A DNA stretch of 64,000 nt, from positions 48,964-112,963 of the IMG/VR virus record IMGVR_UViG_3300044991_001618. One strand, given 5' to 3'. Numbering within the stretch: the first letter of the stretch is position 1; every line of letters begins with the position of its first letter. Below the pieces are notes generated by a model. The model made no database searches and had not been told where the DNA came from. It saw only the letters and a program-made list of their open reading frames with translations. Below are positions 37,938 through 49,113 of the stretch, piece after piece. The position numbers and the translations under genes were made by a program. This stretch comes from a virus.

Positions 37938-40900
37938 TTAGTTAAAGATGTATCTCAATCCCAATTGCGCTTGCCAAGCATTACCTACACTAATTGTTTT
38001 AACAAAAGTTTTGTCTAATAGTTGTGTTGAACCATCAACAACTCTTGTTGCCATTCTGTATGTTGGAACACCATCAGCAGAAACAGATGCTACTGTTAAT
38101 GGACTTGCTGTACCGAAACTACCAGATGTTGTAGAATATCCAACACCCCAAGCATTATTCAATATATTTCCAAAGTTAAGAATATCTGCTCTAAATTGCA
38201 AGGTATTTCTTTTTCCTTTTACATTAACATATACTTCTTGAACCGCAGATAAATCAACTCTTGTTAACCAAGGGAAGTATCCACCATTTCTTTCAGCGTA
38301 TGTTCCTTTGCGTGATGATAAATATTCATCATTTGAAATTAGATTGTTTAACGCCTCTTGTTGTTGTGCTGGGGTGAAAGTCTTTCCACCAGCAGTAAGT
38401 GTTGCAAAAGTGATTTCTGTTGCATTATTTGGCACATAAATGAGGTCGTTAATTTGTCCATCACCATTTAAGTCATTTCCATAAATGTAACTGATTTTAC
38501 TACCACTTGCAGATGTTGCACCTAATGTTAATTCAGTTGAACCTCCAAATTTACCGCCATAGTTAATTCTATAATTAACATATCCAATAAATCTATGACG
38601 TAAATCATTATCTGTGAATGATGGGGCTAAGAAATTTTGGCCACCAACACCAGGTGCATTTGCCTGAACTGTACTACCTACTGATTGTAGATCTGTTGAC
38701 CTTGCGTTTGTATAGCCAACCATACCACCTAAACCATTAACCGCTGGTTTCTCAATCTTTGTAGTAAGAGCATAAGAATAACCCCTATCTGTATTTGTTA
38801 ATAAGAAAGCATTTGAAATTGTTGGATTTAAGAATCTTGCTATTGCAACTGTATTTGCAGCACCAGAACCTGAACTTGTAACACCTGATGCTGGATAACG
38901 TGGTCTTCCATCTGACAAGAATCTATCAGCACTTTTTAAATTTGCGTCAATATAACGTAGTCCAGATAATGTTTTACCATAAATACCTTCAACTGTTCCG
39001 ATTAATCCAAATGGTAATTTTTGGTCAACTGCAATATTTGATTTCCAAACTGATGGGTATTTTAAATCCTCACTTGATGCGTTAATAACATAAGGTGGTA
39101 ATTTTGTAATATCAGTTGTTGTTGGTGCAAATCTGCTTGGGTCAGTTGTGAATGGGTATGCAGTTGTATTTGTTACGTTAATAACCGCTGTATTAACACC
39201 ATTATTACCCAGTTGATTAGATACCAAAACTTGTGGAACTCTTGAAACAAAGATACCCGTTCCACCCCTAACTTGGGTTGTTTGGTCACCATTAACATCA
39301 TAATTAAATCCAATTCTTGGGGATAACAATAATGTTGGTTTTGGGAATGCACTTGTGTTAATTTTTGTTGGTTGACCATTTTTATCTCTGAATGTTAAAC
39401 CACCAACAACTGGATTATAAAAATCTTCCGCAGTTGAATTGTCATACATAACAACATCCCCACGCAAACCAACTGTTAATTTGACTAAATCAGTTAATTC
39501 ATACTCATCTTGTGCATAAGCACTAAATGTGGAAACTTTTAAAGATTGTAATGGTTCAATACCCCCAGGTAATAATGAGTATCTTAGATTGTAACGGTTT
39601 AGAGTTACTGGTGATACTGGATTACTTGGGTTGTTTTTAAATTCTAATGCTGCTTTTTTGAAATCATCAATAGAATTATAAACATAAACACCATTTGATG
39701 CTGGGAAGAAAACGTTATTTGATTGGAAATATTCATAAGCCAAACCAAATGTGAAGTAATGCTTACCAGATGACAAATTAAAATTGTTTGTTAAATTTAA
39801 AGTACTGTAATTAAGTTTGTTGTTTGGTGTGAAGGGGTCAAAGCCAACAGTTGTATAGGTTGTACCATCTTTAAGAATATCTATTGTTGGAAATAAATCT
39901 GTACGATATCTTCTATCTTCAATTTGTTTATTGAATGTAGCAATAAAGTTGTTTGACTTCTTTGAAGAAAGAATTGAGTTTAATTCAAATGCAACAGAAC
40001 GAGTATTATCTTGGATGATATATCCAGTGTTTTCCCCAGAGATAGCAAATGCTGAATTTTGACGATTACCATTACCAGCTGTATTGCTACTGTTTGAACT
40101 ACTAATAACTTGTTCTGATTCTGAATTATGATGAGAATAACGAAGAGATGCTTTGTGCTTTCTACTAATGTTATAATCTAAACGAACAAGTCCTTTTGTA
40201 CTTTTAACATCATTATTAAAGTTATCAAGTGAACCAAGGTCATAATTAAAGTTTGTTTTCATAAATGAGGACAAATCTTTTAAATCACTTTCTGTTACAC
40301 GAGATACGTTACCAGTAGCACCTGGCTTGTTTGTTTGCCAACTTAATGCTGGATTTGTTCCAGTAAATTGTTCAGCATTAACAAAAATAAATAATTTGTT
40401 TTTGATGATTGGTGCACCAATTCTAAAACCAGTTGTTTTTTCATCTAGGAAGATTGGTGGTAGTTTGATACCATTTACAGTTTTACCTACTAAATCACTT
40501 GACCTAAATAATCTGTAAAATGAACCAGAAATATCATTTGTACCAGAACGAGTTACTGCATTAACACCTGCACCAACAAAGCCAGATTGTCTAACATCAA
40601 AGGGGGCAATATTTAATTGTACCTCTTCAACAGCATCAAGAGAAATTGCGGTTGTTCCTGTTCTACCACCAGCAGCAGCAGATGACCCAAGACCAAATCC
40701 ATTATTAAATACTGAACCATCAATTGTGAAATTGTTAAAACGGCTGTCTTGCCCACCAAATGAACGACCATTACCATAAGCATTATACTTTGTAATGTCA
40801 TCAATTGTTCTACCAATTGTTGGTAAACTATTAATTGTACTTGAACTAAATTGAGTTGATGCCCCAGTTCTTTGACTAGAAAAAATGGCATTTTTGTTTG

Positions 40901-41282
40901 CCGTAATTGTTACCCCTTGCAAATCATAAGATGATTCAACTAAGGAAAAATTCAATGTTTTGGTTGTTCCCAAATTTAATATAACATTGGATTGGGTTTT
41001 TGTGGCATATCCAACATAACTAACTGTTATGTTATAAGGGCCACCAACACGCATCCCTGGAATTCTATATGTACCATCAATATCAGTTGATGTACCATAA
41101 CTTGTTCCAGATGGTAAGTGAACAGCCTCAATGGTTGCACCAACCAAAACCTCACCTTTTGGGTCACTTGTTGGTACTGAAGGTGTTGTTACCACACCAG
41201 TTATTGCTGAAGTTGTTACTTGAGCATAACTCATACTAAACGTCATAAATGTTAATAATAACGTTTTAAAAATGTTTTTCAT
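37938..41282 (-). CDS. TonB-dependent outer-membrane receptor (Oar-like, N-terminal carboxypeptidase-regulatory-like domain)
   Basis: Signal peptide, [25 protein letters not shown], plug ([30 protein letters not shown]), [10 protein letters not shown]-terminal QLGLRYIF. Confidence 0.92.
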   Translation of the reverse strand: MKNIFKTLLLTFMTFSMSYAQVTTSAITGVVTTPSVPTSDPKGEVLVGATIEAVHLPSGTSYGTSTDIDGTYRIPGMRVGGPYNITVSYVGYATKTQSNVILNLGTTKTLNFSLVESSYDLQGVTITANKNAIFSSQRTGASTQFSSSTINSLPTIGRTIDDITKYNAYGNGRSFGGQDSRFNNFTIDGSVFNNGFGLGSSAAAGGRTGTTAISLDAVEEVQLNIAPFDVRQSGFVGAGVNAVTRSGTNDISGSFYRLFRSSDLVGKTVNGIKLPPIFLDEKTTGFRIGAPIIKNKLFIFVNAEQFTGTNPALSWQTNKPGATGNVSRVTESDLKDLSSFMKTNFNYDLGSLDNFNNDVKSTKGLVRLDYNISRKHKASLRYSHHNSESEQVISSSNSSNTAGNGNRQNSAFAISGENTGYIIQDNTRSVAFELNSILSSKKSNNFIATFNKQIEDRRYRTDLFPTIDILKDGTTYTTVGFDPFTPNNKLNYSTLNLTNNFNLSSGKHYFTFGLAYEYFQSNNVFFPASNGVYVYNSIDDFKKAALEFKNNPSNPVSPVTLNRYNLRYSLLPGGIEPLQSLKVSTFSAYAQDEYELTDLVKLTVGLRGDVVMYDNSTAEDFYNPVVGGLTFRDKNGQPTKINTSAFPKPTLLLSPRIGFNYDVNGDQTTQVRGGTGIFVSRVPQVLVSNQLGNNGVNTAVINVTNTTAYPFTTDPSRFAPTTTDITKLPPYVINASSEDLKYPSVWKSNIAVDQKLPFGLIGTVEGIYGKTLSGLRYIDANLKSADRFLSDGRPRYPASGVTSSGSGAANTVAIARFLNPTISNAFLLTNTDRGYSYALTTKIEKPAVNGLGGMVGYTNARSTDLQSVGSTVQANAPGVGGQNFLAPSFTDNDLRHRFIGYVNYRINYGGKFGGSTELTLGATSASGSKISYIYGNDLNGDGQINDLIYVPNNATEITFATLTAGGKTFTPAQQQEALNNLISNDEYLSSRKGTYAERNGGYFPWLTRVDLSAVQEVYVNVKGKRNTLQFRADILNFGNILNNAWGVGYSTTSGSFGTASPLTVASVSADGVPTYRMATRVVDGSTQLLDKTFVKTISVGNAWQAQLGLRYIFN

Positions 41283-41410
41283 AGTAAAATTGTTTTGTTT
41301 AAAAATTTTAATTTATTATAAATAAGACTTTACAAGTATAGCCAAACAAAATATTTTAGGCAAGTTTTTTTTGAATTTATATTTTTCATATATTTATTTA
41401 TAAATATAAT

Positions 41411-41785
41411 ATGAAATTCTATATAAAGAAAGGTGCAGATTTACCTATATTAAAAGTTGAACCAATTAAGGATGGTAGGTCAGATTACAAAAAATTTATG
41501 GAGGATTTGGAGTCATCTACCATATTATTTTCTATGATTAACACAGAAAATAATTCATATAAAATCACAAATAGTGAAGCATATTTAGTTGCCAAAGAAA
41601 CAACAGAACCAACCCCAAATGTGGAATACTACATATATTATCAATTTAAGAAAAGAGAAACAAATACACCTGGCATATATAAAGGTGAATTTTTAATTAG
41701 GAATGAAGATGGGGACCTCATCTTGCCTTTAAGAGAAGAATTAACTATTATTATTTTAGATTCGTTTATTAAGAAGTTTAATTAA
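41411..41785 (+). CDS. Hypothetical protein, BppU-like beta-sandwich
   Basis: FYIKK...P.L, Y.F...ET..PG.YKGEF, LP pattern. Confidence 0.45.
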   Translation: MKFYIKKGADLPILKVEPIKDGRSDYKKFMEDLESSTILFSMINTENNSYKITNSEAYLVAKETTEPTPNVEYYIYYQFKKRETNTPGIYKGEFLIRNEDGDLILPLREELTIIILDSFIKKFN

Positions 41786-41817
41786 AACTTTTATATCTTA
41801 CCCCTAAAATAATTAAT

Positions 41818-44496
41818 ATGATAAGTAGTCAAGAAATTGAGGAGTTTCTTAATGGTTCTGATCCAGAAGAACATATTGTTGCTATTGAATATGACTTTAT
41901 GTCTAATTGTGTCTATAAGATAAAAGAAATTCCCAATAAAGGAAAACAAATTGTCAAAGATACTTTTACCGCATTTTGTTGGGTGGGTAATTTAAATTCA
42001 TTGAATTTCTACAATAAGTCAAAGGCTTTGCAAAAGGAAGCAATGACCAAGCATAGTATTATTATAACAAAATTAAGGACAGATGAGCATCCAAGATTGG
42101 AACATGGAATGAAATTTATGGTTCAGTCATTAAAGGGTTATAGAAATTTAGCTGCTTTCTTTAAGGAAGGGGGTTTAGACCCAAAGAGTGAAGTTGGGAG
42201 AACCAAAATTATTATGCTACCCCCGGTTGACCAATATCTCATATCCAAAGGTAAAAGATTATTTAAAGGGTTTGATTCTTATGATGATATAACAAGGCTT
42301 GTATTTGACTTAGAAACCACAGCATTAGAACCTACTGATGGTAGAATATTTATGATTGGAATTAAAACCAATAAAGGTTACTCCAGAATCATAGAGTGTA
42401 TTAATCCAGAGGATGAGGCAAATGGTATTATTGAATTTTTTAAAGTTATTGATGAAATTAAACCAACCATTATTTCAGGATACAATTCAGCAACGTTTGA
42501 CTGGGAATGGATTTTCAAAAGATGTGAGATATTAAAGATACATGCTCAAACTGCGTGTAAGTCATTAAACCCAACAAAATCATTCACAAGAAGGGATTCT
42601 ATGCTAAAATTAGGGGGTGATGTTGAGAAATACATGCAGACCTCTATTTGGGGATATAACGTTATTGATGTTATTCATTCAGTAAGAAGGGCACAAGCAA
42701 TCAATAGTGATATCAAATCTGCTGGTCTTAAATACATTACAAAATATATAAATGCAGAAGATGCTGATCGTGTATATATTGAACACACCAAGATTGGTAA
42801 AATGTATCAAGAGAAAGAAGAATATTTTCTTAATATAAATAATGGAAAATATAAATTAGCAACAGATTATCCTGACCTTGATATCAAATTTCCAAAAGTA
42901 TATAAGCGAGTTACAGGTGATAAACTTGTTGAAGCATATCTTGATGATGACTTGGAAGAAACAATGAGAGTTGATTCAGAATTTAGTCAAGCATCTTTCT
43001 TATTGGCAAAGATGGTTCCATTACCTTTTGAAAGGATATACACAATGGGAACAGCAGGATTATGGAAGACATTGATGTTGGCTTGGTCATATAATAATCA
43101 GTTGGCTGTTCCCCAAAGTGAGGATAAAAGAAACTTTGTGGGCGGTTTATCCAGATTGGTTAAGGTGGGGTATTCAAAGAATATCTATAAACTTGACTTT
43201 TCGTCCCTATATCCATCCATACAATTGGCTCATGATGTATTCCCATCTTGTGACATAACTAGCGTTTTAGAAGGTATGTTAAAGTTTTTTAGAAATGCAA
43301 GGATAGATTATAAGAATTTGGCAGAAGAATGGAAGGATAAGGATCCTAAGATTGCTGCAACTTATGATAACAAGCAATTACCAATTAAAATTTTCATAAA
43401 CTCTTTATTTGGTTCATTATCAGCACCAGCAGTTTTCCCCTGGGCTGAAATGGATAAAGGTGAACAGATAACTTGTACAGGTAGATTATATTTAAGGCAT
43501 ATGATTAAATTCTTTATGAATAGAGGTTATGTTCCTTTAGTATGTGATACGGATGGTGTTAACTTTTCAGCAACAGATGATTTTAGCAATAGGGAATATA
43601 TTGGAAAAGGATTAAACTGGAAAGTTAAAGAAGGTAAGATTTACAAAGGTATATATGCTGATGTTGCAGAATACAATGATTTATATATGAAAAAGGAGAT
43701 GGCTCTGGATTTGGATGGTCATTGGTTATCTTGTGTTAACTTTGCAAGAAAAAACTATGCCATTATGAAAAATGATGGTAAAATAAAGTTGACAGGAAAT
43801 ACAATAAAATCAAAGAAACTTCCCCAATACATTGAAAGATTTATTGATGTTGCTGTTAAGTTATTGCTTGAAGGCAAAGGAAAAGAATTTATTGAAGAAT
43901 ATTATAATTATTTTGAAAAGGTTTATAATAAGGAAATTCCCCTAATTGAAATTGCAAACAAGGCAAGGGTTAGACAGAATGTTAAAGACTATGTAAAAAG
44001 GTCAAAGACATTAAATAAAGCAGGAAGTACCACAAGTAAGATGGCTCATATGGAGTTAATCATAAAGGAAAAATTACATGTTAATCTTGGGGATATTATA
44101 TATTATGTAAATAATGGAACAAAACAATCGCACGGGGATGTGTCAAAAACAAAAGATGGTATTAAATTAAATTGCTATTACATTGACCAAAATGTGTTTG
44201 AAAAGACCCCTGATTTGACTGGGGAATATAATGTACCAAGAGCAGTTGTAACTTTTAACAAAAGAATAAGCCCATTATTGGTGGCTTTTAGTCCAGAGAT
44301 TAGGGATAGGATTCTTATAAAAGACCCTGCTGATAGGCAATTCTTTACAACAGAAGAATGTAAATTGATTAATGGTATTCCTTATGCACAGAAGGATCAA
44401 GATGATTTAAATGATGTAATGACAATATCAGAAGATGAGGTTAAATTCTGGGAAAAAATAAATGTGAATCCCAATCTAATATATGAAAATGTTTAA
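41818..44496 (+). CDS. Family B DNA polymerase with 3'-5' exonuclease
   Basis: FDLETT, GYNSATFDW, DFSSLYPSI, KIFINSLFG, DTDG, KNYA; no intein evident. Confidence 0.95.
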   Translation: MISSQEIEEFLNGSDPEEHIVAIEYDFMSNCVYKIKEIPNKGKQIVKDTFTAFCWVGNLNSLNFYNKSKALQKEAMTKHSIIITKLRTDEHPRLEHGMKFMVQSLKGYRNLAAFFKEGGLDPKSEVGRTKIIMLPPVDQYLISKGKRLFKGFDSYDDITRLVFDLETTALEPTDGRIFMIGIKTNKGYSRIIECINPEDEANGIIEFFKVIDEIKPTIISGYNSATFDWEWIFKRCEILKIHAQTACKSLNPTKSFTRRDSMLKLGGDVEKYMQTSIWGYNVIDVIHSVRRAQAINSDIKSAGLKYITKYINAEDADRVYIEHTKIGKMYQEKEEYFLNINNGKYKLATDYPDLDIKFPKVYKRVTGDKLVEAYLDDDLEETMRVDSEFSQASFLLAKMVPLPFERIYTMGTAGLWKTLMLAWSYNNQLAVPQSEDKRNFVGGLSRLVKVGYSKNIYKLDFSSLYPSIQLAHDVFPSCDITSVLEGMLKFFRNARIDYKNLAEEWKDKDPKIAATYDNKQLPIKIFINSLFGSLSAPAVFPWAEMDKGEQITCTGRLYLRHMIKFFMNRGYVPLVCDTDGVNFSATDDFSNREYIGKGLNWKVKEGKIYKGIYADVAEYNDLYMKKEMALDLDGHWLSCVNFARKNYAIMKNDGKIKLTGNTIKSKKLPQYIERFIDVAVKLLLEGKGKEFIEEYYNYFEKVYNKEIPLIEIANKARVRQNVKDYVKRSKTLNKAGSTTSKMAHMELIIKEKLHVNLGDIIYYVNNGTKQSHGDVSKTKDGIKLNCYYIDQNVFEKTPDLTGEYNVPRAVVTFNKRISPLLVAFSPEIRDRILIKDPADRQFFTTEECKLINGIPYAQKDQDDLNDVMTISEDEVKFWEKINVNPNLIYENV

Positions 44497-44500
44497 AATT

Positions 44501-44535
44501 AAAAACCCCCAACCTTAATTAGATTGGGGGTTTTT
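44501..44535. terminator. Bidirectional intrinsic terminator between convergent genes
   Basis: AAAAACCCCCAA-ccttaattaga-TTGGGGGTTTTT. Confidence 0.85.
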
Positions 44536-44537
44536 AA

Positions 44538-44870
44538 TTACCCTTTTAATCCATCTGAACTAACTATATACCAAGTTCCAGAACAATTCTTGAACTCAAC
44601 ACATGCACCTTTCTCTAATACTATTTCATCATATTCCTCATCAATCTTATTATTATCAGGGATAATAATAACTGTGGTCATTGCCTTCACTGTAACATTA
44701 TCTGTATTCTTTGAATGGAGGAATAATTTGCATTGGGGTATTGCTCGAACAATAATAAAACCTTCACCAGATGTGGAATATTCTGCTTCTGACACAATGG
44801 ATATATCTGATGTATTAACAAATACACCATTTATTACTTTTTGGATTGGGATTGTTTTTATTATTGCCAT
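44538..44870 (-). CDS. Hypothetical beta-rich protein
   Basis: 110-aa ORF ending WYIVSSDGLKG; TATATTTG upstream (44882-44889). Confidence 0.7.
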   Translation of the reverse strand: MAIIKTIPIQKVINGVFVNTSDISIVSEAEYSTSGEGFIIVRAIPQCKLFLHSKNTDNVTVKAMTTVIIIPDNNKIDEEYDEIVLEKGACVEFKNCSGTWYIVSSDGLKG

Positions 44871-44914
44871 GTTTTTTATTACAAATATAACTTAATTTAA
44901 TTTAAAAACAAATT

Positions 44915-46033
44915 TTATATTACATAAATTTGTCTTGGGAAAGCGTTAAATTTTAATTGTTTATTTAAGTTTTCTGCAATAAGTGCTTCTTTTTCCATTT
45001 GTTTTTCAGGTTTTAATCTTTCCAATCTTGCCAATAATTCTTCAATAAGTTTTGCTTTTTCATCTTTCCCTTCAGTTATTAATGATTCATAATCTAACTT
45101 TAACTCTGAATCAGGGACTTTTATTGCTCCACTATACTTTCCCCTAACTCTACCCAAACTCTCTTTTACGTAAGCTGTAAACCACCTTCTTACCCAATGT
45201 TTTGCTGGTTGGTTTAACTTATCCCAAGTTAATTCACTAAATGGGACATCTGATGGTAATTTAATAATATCTGGGTTATCTTCCAAACACTTTCCACGGC
45301 TATCACCATCCACATCATAATACCAATACCAAATTTGTTTTCCAACATATGAGGAGTAATTTCCCCAGTTAAATTTACCACCTGGTGTATTATATATATG
45401 AATTGCTTTTTTACCATCTGGTAATCCTGTTATTCTATAAGTTAATGAACCTCCAAGAATTCTTGTTAATATATTTGCCGATTGCATTCTGAGTAAATAA
45501 TCAAAACCTGACATCATAAAATAGGATCCTGTATTTCCCATTTGAGCAAAACCAGCGTCTGATGCACCCAATCCAATACCTCCAAATCCAAAACCACCAG
45601 CACCACCTAAACCAAATGCACTAAATGCTTGGTTGCTATACCATAATAATTCATTCACCTCTCGGCCAGCAGGAATTTCATACAATTGTTGATTTTTTTC
45701 CAATGTAATATAATCTTTTTGCAAAACCCAAGGACCCCCAGATTGCAATCCAACAATTTTTGAATAAGCATATTCATATTGCTTTTCAAAATCCATTGTT
45801 CTTGTAATTAAAGCATTTGCAACAGATTTTTCGCTCATATTAAGATTAACCAAATTAACCCATTGGGATTCGGTTAGCCAATCAAGCATATATTGTTCAT
45901 AATCTTGAACGGATAATTCCATTAAGGAATCCATCATTTCATCAGTTATCTCAACACCCCTTAATGGTGCACCAAGTAAATGACGAATTCTTGTGTAAAT
46001 TTGCGTTCTTTCTGGCTCGGCTATTACTGACAT
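44915..46033 (-). CDS. Putative neck/head-completion protein (T4 gp13-like)
   Basis: RHLLGAP..VEITDE, WVRRW..A..KE.LGRVRGKY.G...P...L.LD. Confidence 0.7.
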   Translation of the reverse strand: MSVIAEPERTQIYTRIRHLLGAPLRGVEITDEMMDSLMELSVQDYEQYMLDWLTESQWVNLVNLNMSEKSVANALITRTMDFEKQYEYAYSKIVGLQSGGPWVLQKDYITLEKNQQLYEIPAGREVNELLWYSNQAFSAFGLGGAGGFGFGGIGLGASDAGFAQMGNTGSYFMMSGFDYLLRMQSANILTRILGGSLTYRITGLPDGKKAIHIYNTPGGKFNWGNYSSYVGKQIWYWYYDVDGDSRGKCLEDNPDIIKLPSDVPFSELTWDKLNQPAKHWVRRWFTAYVKESLGRVRGKYSGAIKVPDSELKLDYESLITEGKDEKAKLIEELLARLERLKPEKQMEKEALIAENLNKQLKFNAFPRQIYVI

Positions 46034-46060
46034 ATTTCTTTTATATATAAATATAAGAAA

Positions 46061-46762
46061 TTATTCTTTTGGCTCATTATTATTTGCATTATCATATAAT
46101 TCAAGAACAAAATCCCAATTTATATAATTCCAGAAGTTATGTATATACTCATCTCTTTTGTTTTGGTATTTGAGATAATAGGCATGTTCCCATAAATCCA
46201 ATCCCAATATTGGAAATCCACCACCTTTAATGACATTCATAAGGGGATTATCTTGGTTTGGGGTGGTGATAATTTTTAATGTATTATTTTTTGTTGCAAC
46301 AAGCCAGACCCATCCTGATCCAAAATGGCTTTTTGCCTTTTCTTCAAATTTTGTTTTAAATGAATTAATTGAGCCAAAACTTTTTATTATTTTATCTTTT
46401 AATTCTTTTGGGATATTCTTTTTGGTTGGTGATAACATATTCCAAAACAAAGCGTGATTAAATGCTCCACCTGCATTATTTCTAATTGTTTTGTTGAATT
46501 TGCTTATATTTGTTATTATCTGTTTTAAATCATAATTTGATTTATTATCTTTTAATGCTTTATTCAATTTATCAACATAACCTTTATAATGTTTATTATA
46601 ATGAATATCCATTGTTTTCTCATCAATAAAAGGTTTTAATGAGGCATACGAATAAGGGAGTTTTTCAATTCCAACCTTTTTCATTTCATTAAGTAAAAAA
46701 TTAACATTATCTTTGTATATCCTTGATATTATTTCTTCTTTGATTGTTTCAAGTATTTTCAT
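46061..46762 (-). CDS. sodA: Mn/Fe superoxide dismutase (Mn-type signature) with N-terminal extension
   Basis: LPYSY..L.P.ID, HYNKH, NNAGG.FNH, FGSGW.WL, NQDNP, DLWEHAYY. Confidence 0.93.
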   Translation of the reverse strand: MKILETIKEEIISRIYKDNVNFLLNEMKKVGIEKLPYSYASLKPFIDEKTMDIHYNKHYKGYVDKLNKALKDNKSNYDLKQIITNISKFNKTIRNNAGGAFNHALFWNMLSPTKKNIPKELKDKIIKSFGSINSFKTKFEEKAKSHFGSGWVWLVATKNNTLKIITTPNQDNPLMNVIKGGGFPILGLDLWEHAYYLKYQNKRDEYIHNFWNYINWDFVLELYDNANNNEPKE

Positions 46763-46770
46763 AAATTATT

Positions 46771-46787
46771 ATATTTATAATAAATAT
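46771..46787. promoter_or_regulatory. Two opposed ATATTTAT motifs (putative late promoters) in the 32-bp gap between SOD and the LRR array
   Basis: ATATTTAT on + at 46771-46778 and on - at 46780-46787; same motif precedes the sheath and neck genes. Confidence 0.5.
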
Positions 46788-46794
46788 TTGTATA

Positions 46795-47280
46795 ATGGAT
46801 AATAGCACAATAAACAACATACTAAACTTTTTGGTAACTAATGAAGGTAAAAAATTACCAGAAAAATGGGTTCAATTTAAATTGGAAAATAATATACCAT
46901 TAACAAAAGAAGAATTGAAAGTTGGGGGTAATTTGGATTTATATGGCTCAAAAATAGAATCATTACCAGAAGAGTTATATGTTGCAGGAACATTGGTTTT
47001 ATCAAATTGTAAAAATTTAACATCTTTACCAAAAAGATTAAAAGTTGGGGGGGATTTGCATTTAGACTATACAAATATAACATCATTACCAGAAGGATTA
47101 TATGTTGGTAGGCATTTATATTTAATAATGTGCAAAAATTTAACATCATTACCAAAAGGATTGAAAGTTGATGGTGGAGTAAATATAAAACTCACAAATT
47201 TAATTAAATACACTAAAGAGGAATTAAGAGAAATGATTGAGCCAGATGGTTATATAACAGGAAAAATAATTAGAAGTTAA
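46795..47280 (+). CDS. LRR array gene 1 (about 4 repeats)
   Basis: 21/22-aa repeats LPxGLxVGGxLxLxxxxIxS with N- and C-caps. Confidence 0.88.
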   Translation: MDNSTINNILNFLVTNEGKKLPEKWVQFKLENNIPLTKEELKVGGNLDLYGSKIESLPEELYVAGTLVLSNCKNLTSLPKRLKVGGDLHLDYTNITSLPEGLYVGRHLYLIMCKNLTSLPKGLKVDGGVNIKLTNLIKYTKEELREMIEPDGYITGKIIRS

Positions 47281-47927
47281 TGGAAAAAGAAACACTAAAA
47301 AACATATTTAAATTCATTGAAGAAAAGGGTGAGCATAGAACACCATTTTTATGGAAATGGAAAAATAATATACCATTAACAGAAGAAGACTTAAATGTTA
47401 ATGGTAATTTGGATTTAAGGCATTCAAATATAACCTCATTACCAGAAGGATTAAAAGTTTGGGGTAATTTGATTTTAGAGTATTCAAAAATAGCCTCATT
47501 ACCAGAAGGATTGAAAGTTAAAGGTAGTTTGATTTTAAGTGCTACCAAAATAACATCATTACCAAAAGGATTGGAAGTTGGTGGTAGTATATTTTTGAAT
47601 GAGAGCCTCATAAAGGCATTACCAGAAGGATTGAAAGTTAAAGGTAGTTTGGATTTGAGTAATACCAAAATAACATCATTACCAAATGGATTACAAGTTA
47701 AAGGTCAGTTGAGTTTGTTTGGTACAAAAATAAAATCATTACCAGAAGGATTGGAAGTTGGTGGTTGTATATATTTGTCTTTCAGCACCATAAAGACATT
47801 ACCAAAAGGATTAAAAGTTGGAGGTACTTTGCAAATAGGTCAGACTCGATTAACAAGATATTCAGATGAGGAATTAATGAAAATGATTGAGCCAGGATTT
47901 ATAACAAATAGTATAATAAGATTATAA
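47280..47927 (+). CDS. LRR array gene 2 (about 7 repeats)
   Basis: Same repeat; TAATG overlap with gene 1. Confidence 0.88.
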   Translation: MEKETLKNIFKFIEEKGEHRTPFLWKWKNNIPLTEEDLNVNGNLDLRHSNITSLPEGLKVWGNLILEYSKIASLPEGLKVKGSLILSATKITSLPKGLEVGGSIFLNESLIKALPEGLKVKGSLDLSNTKITSLPNGLQVKGQLSLFGTKIKSLPEGLEVGGCIYLSFSTIKTLPKGLKVGGTLQIGQTRLTRYSDEELMKMIEPGFITNSIIRL

Positions 47928-48646
47928 TGGATAATAACACAATAAAAAAAATATTAGATTTTCTTGAAGAAAAAGAAAACAAAAAACATTCAGAAAGAGA
48001 TAATCTTGTTTGGAAATTAAGATTTGGATACCCCCTAACAAAAGAAGATTTGAATATTAAGGATACCTTGTATTTAAATAATACAAATATAACCTCATTA
48101 CCAGAAGGATTGAAAGTTGGTAAGAGTTTGGATTTAAGAGTATCAAATATAACCTCATTACCAGAACGATTGAAAGTTGGTTGGAATTTGAATTTAAATA
48201 ATACAAAAATAACCTCATTACCAGAAGGATTGAAAGTTGGTAGGAATTTGTATTTAGAAAATTGCAAAAGTTTAACCTCATTACCAGAAGGATTGGAAGT
48301 TGGGGGTGATTTGGATTTAAGTGGTTCAGGAATAGAAACATTACCAAAAGATTTGAAAGTTGAGGGCAACTTAATTTTAATAGGATCAAAAATAACCTCA
48401 CTACCAGAAGGATTTAATGTTGTTGGTGTTTTGTGTCTTTATAATACAGAAATAGAATCATTACCAAAAGGATTAAAAGTTGGGGTTCAGTTGGATTTAA
48501 GGTTTACAAAAATAACCTCATTACCAAGAGGTTTGGAAGTTGGTGGTATTTTAAGAATAGACCACACAGACCTAGACAATTATTCAGATGATGATTTAAG
48601 ACAAATGGTTAAACCTGGATTTATAAAAGGTGAAATATATAGGTAA
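47927..48646 (+). CDS. LRR array gene 3 (about 8 repeats)
   Basis: Same repeat; first 108 bp identical to gene 6. Confidence 0.88.
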   Translation: MDNNTIKKILDFLEEKENKKHSERDNLVWKLRFGYPLTKEDLNIKDTLYLNNTNITSLPEGLKVGKSLDLRVSNITSLPERLKVGWNLNLNNTKITSLPEGLKVGRNLYLENCKSLTSLPEGLEVGGDLDLSGSGIETLPKDLKVEGNLILIGSKITSLPEGFNVVGVLCLYNTEIESLPKGLKVGVQLDLRFTKITSLPRGLEVGGILRIDHTDLDNYSDDDLRQMVKPGFIKGEIYR

Positions 48647-49113
48647 TGGATAATAACACAATAAAAAACATATTTAAATTCCTTGAAGATGAAGGAGAAC
48701 ATAGAGCACCTTTTATGTGGAAATGGAAAAATAATATACCATTAACAGAAGAAGACTTAAATGTTGAAAGTGATTTGAATTTCTATAGATTAGAAATAAA
48801 ATCATTACCAAAAGGATTAAAAATCCATGGTCATTTGGGTTTATATAAAACAAATATAACTTCATTACCAAAAGGCTTGGAAGTTGGGGGCGATTTGAAT
48901 TTAAATGAAACAAAAATAAAATCATTACCAAAAGGATTGAAAGTTGGTGGCAATTTATATTTAACATATTGTGGAAAATTAACTTCATTACCAGAAGGGT
49001 TAAAAGTTGGTGGTGATTTGTATATACATGCCACACCATTAACAAAATATTTAGATGATGATTTAAGACAAATGGTTAAACCTGGATTTATAAAAGGAAT
49101 AATATATAGGTAA
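48646..49113 (+). CDS. LRR array gene 4 (about 4 repeats)
   Basis: Same repeat; N-cap shared with gene 2, C-cap shared with gene 3. Confidence 0.88.
   Translation: MDNNTIKNIFKFLEDEGEHRAPFMWKWKNNIPLTEEDLNVESDLNFYRLEIKSLPKGLKIHGHLGLYKTNITSLPKGLEVGGDLNLNETKIKSLPKGLKVGGNLYLTYCGKLTSLPEGLKVGGDLYIHATPLTKYLDDDLRQMVKPGFIKGIIYR

Noticed and set aside
433-43000. Numerous short 60-160-aa ORFs antisense or out of frame within long genes (e.g. 27378-27848, 25399-25770)
   Set aside because: Fully nested in well-supported genes, with no recognisable motifs.
44524-44895. 123-aa plus-strand ORF
   Set aside because: Starts inside a terminator hairpin and is antisense to the better-supported 44538-44870 gene.
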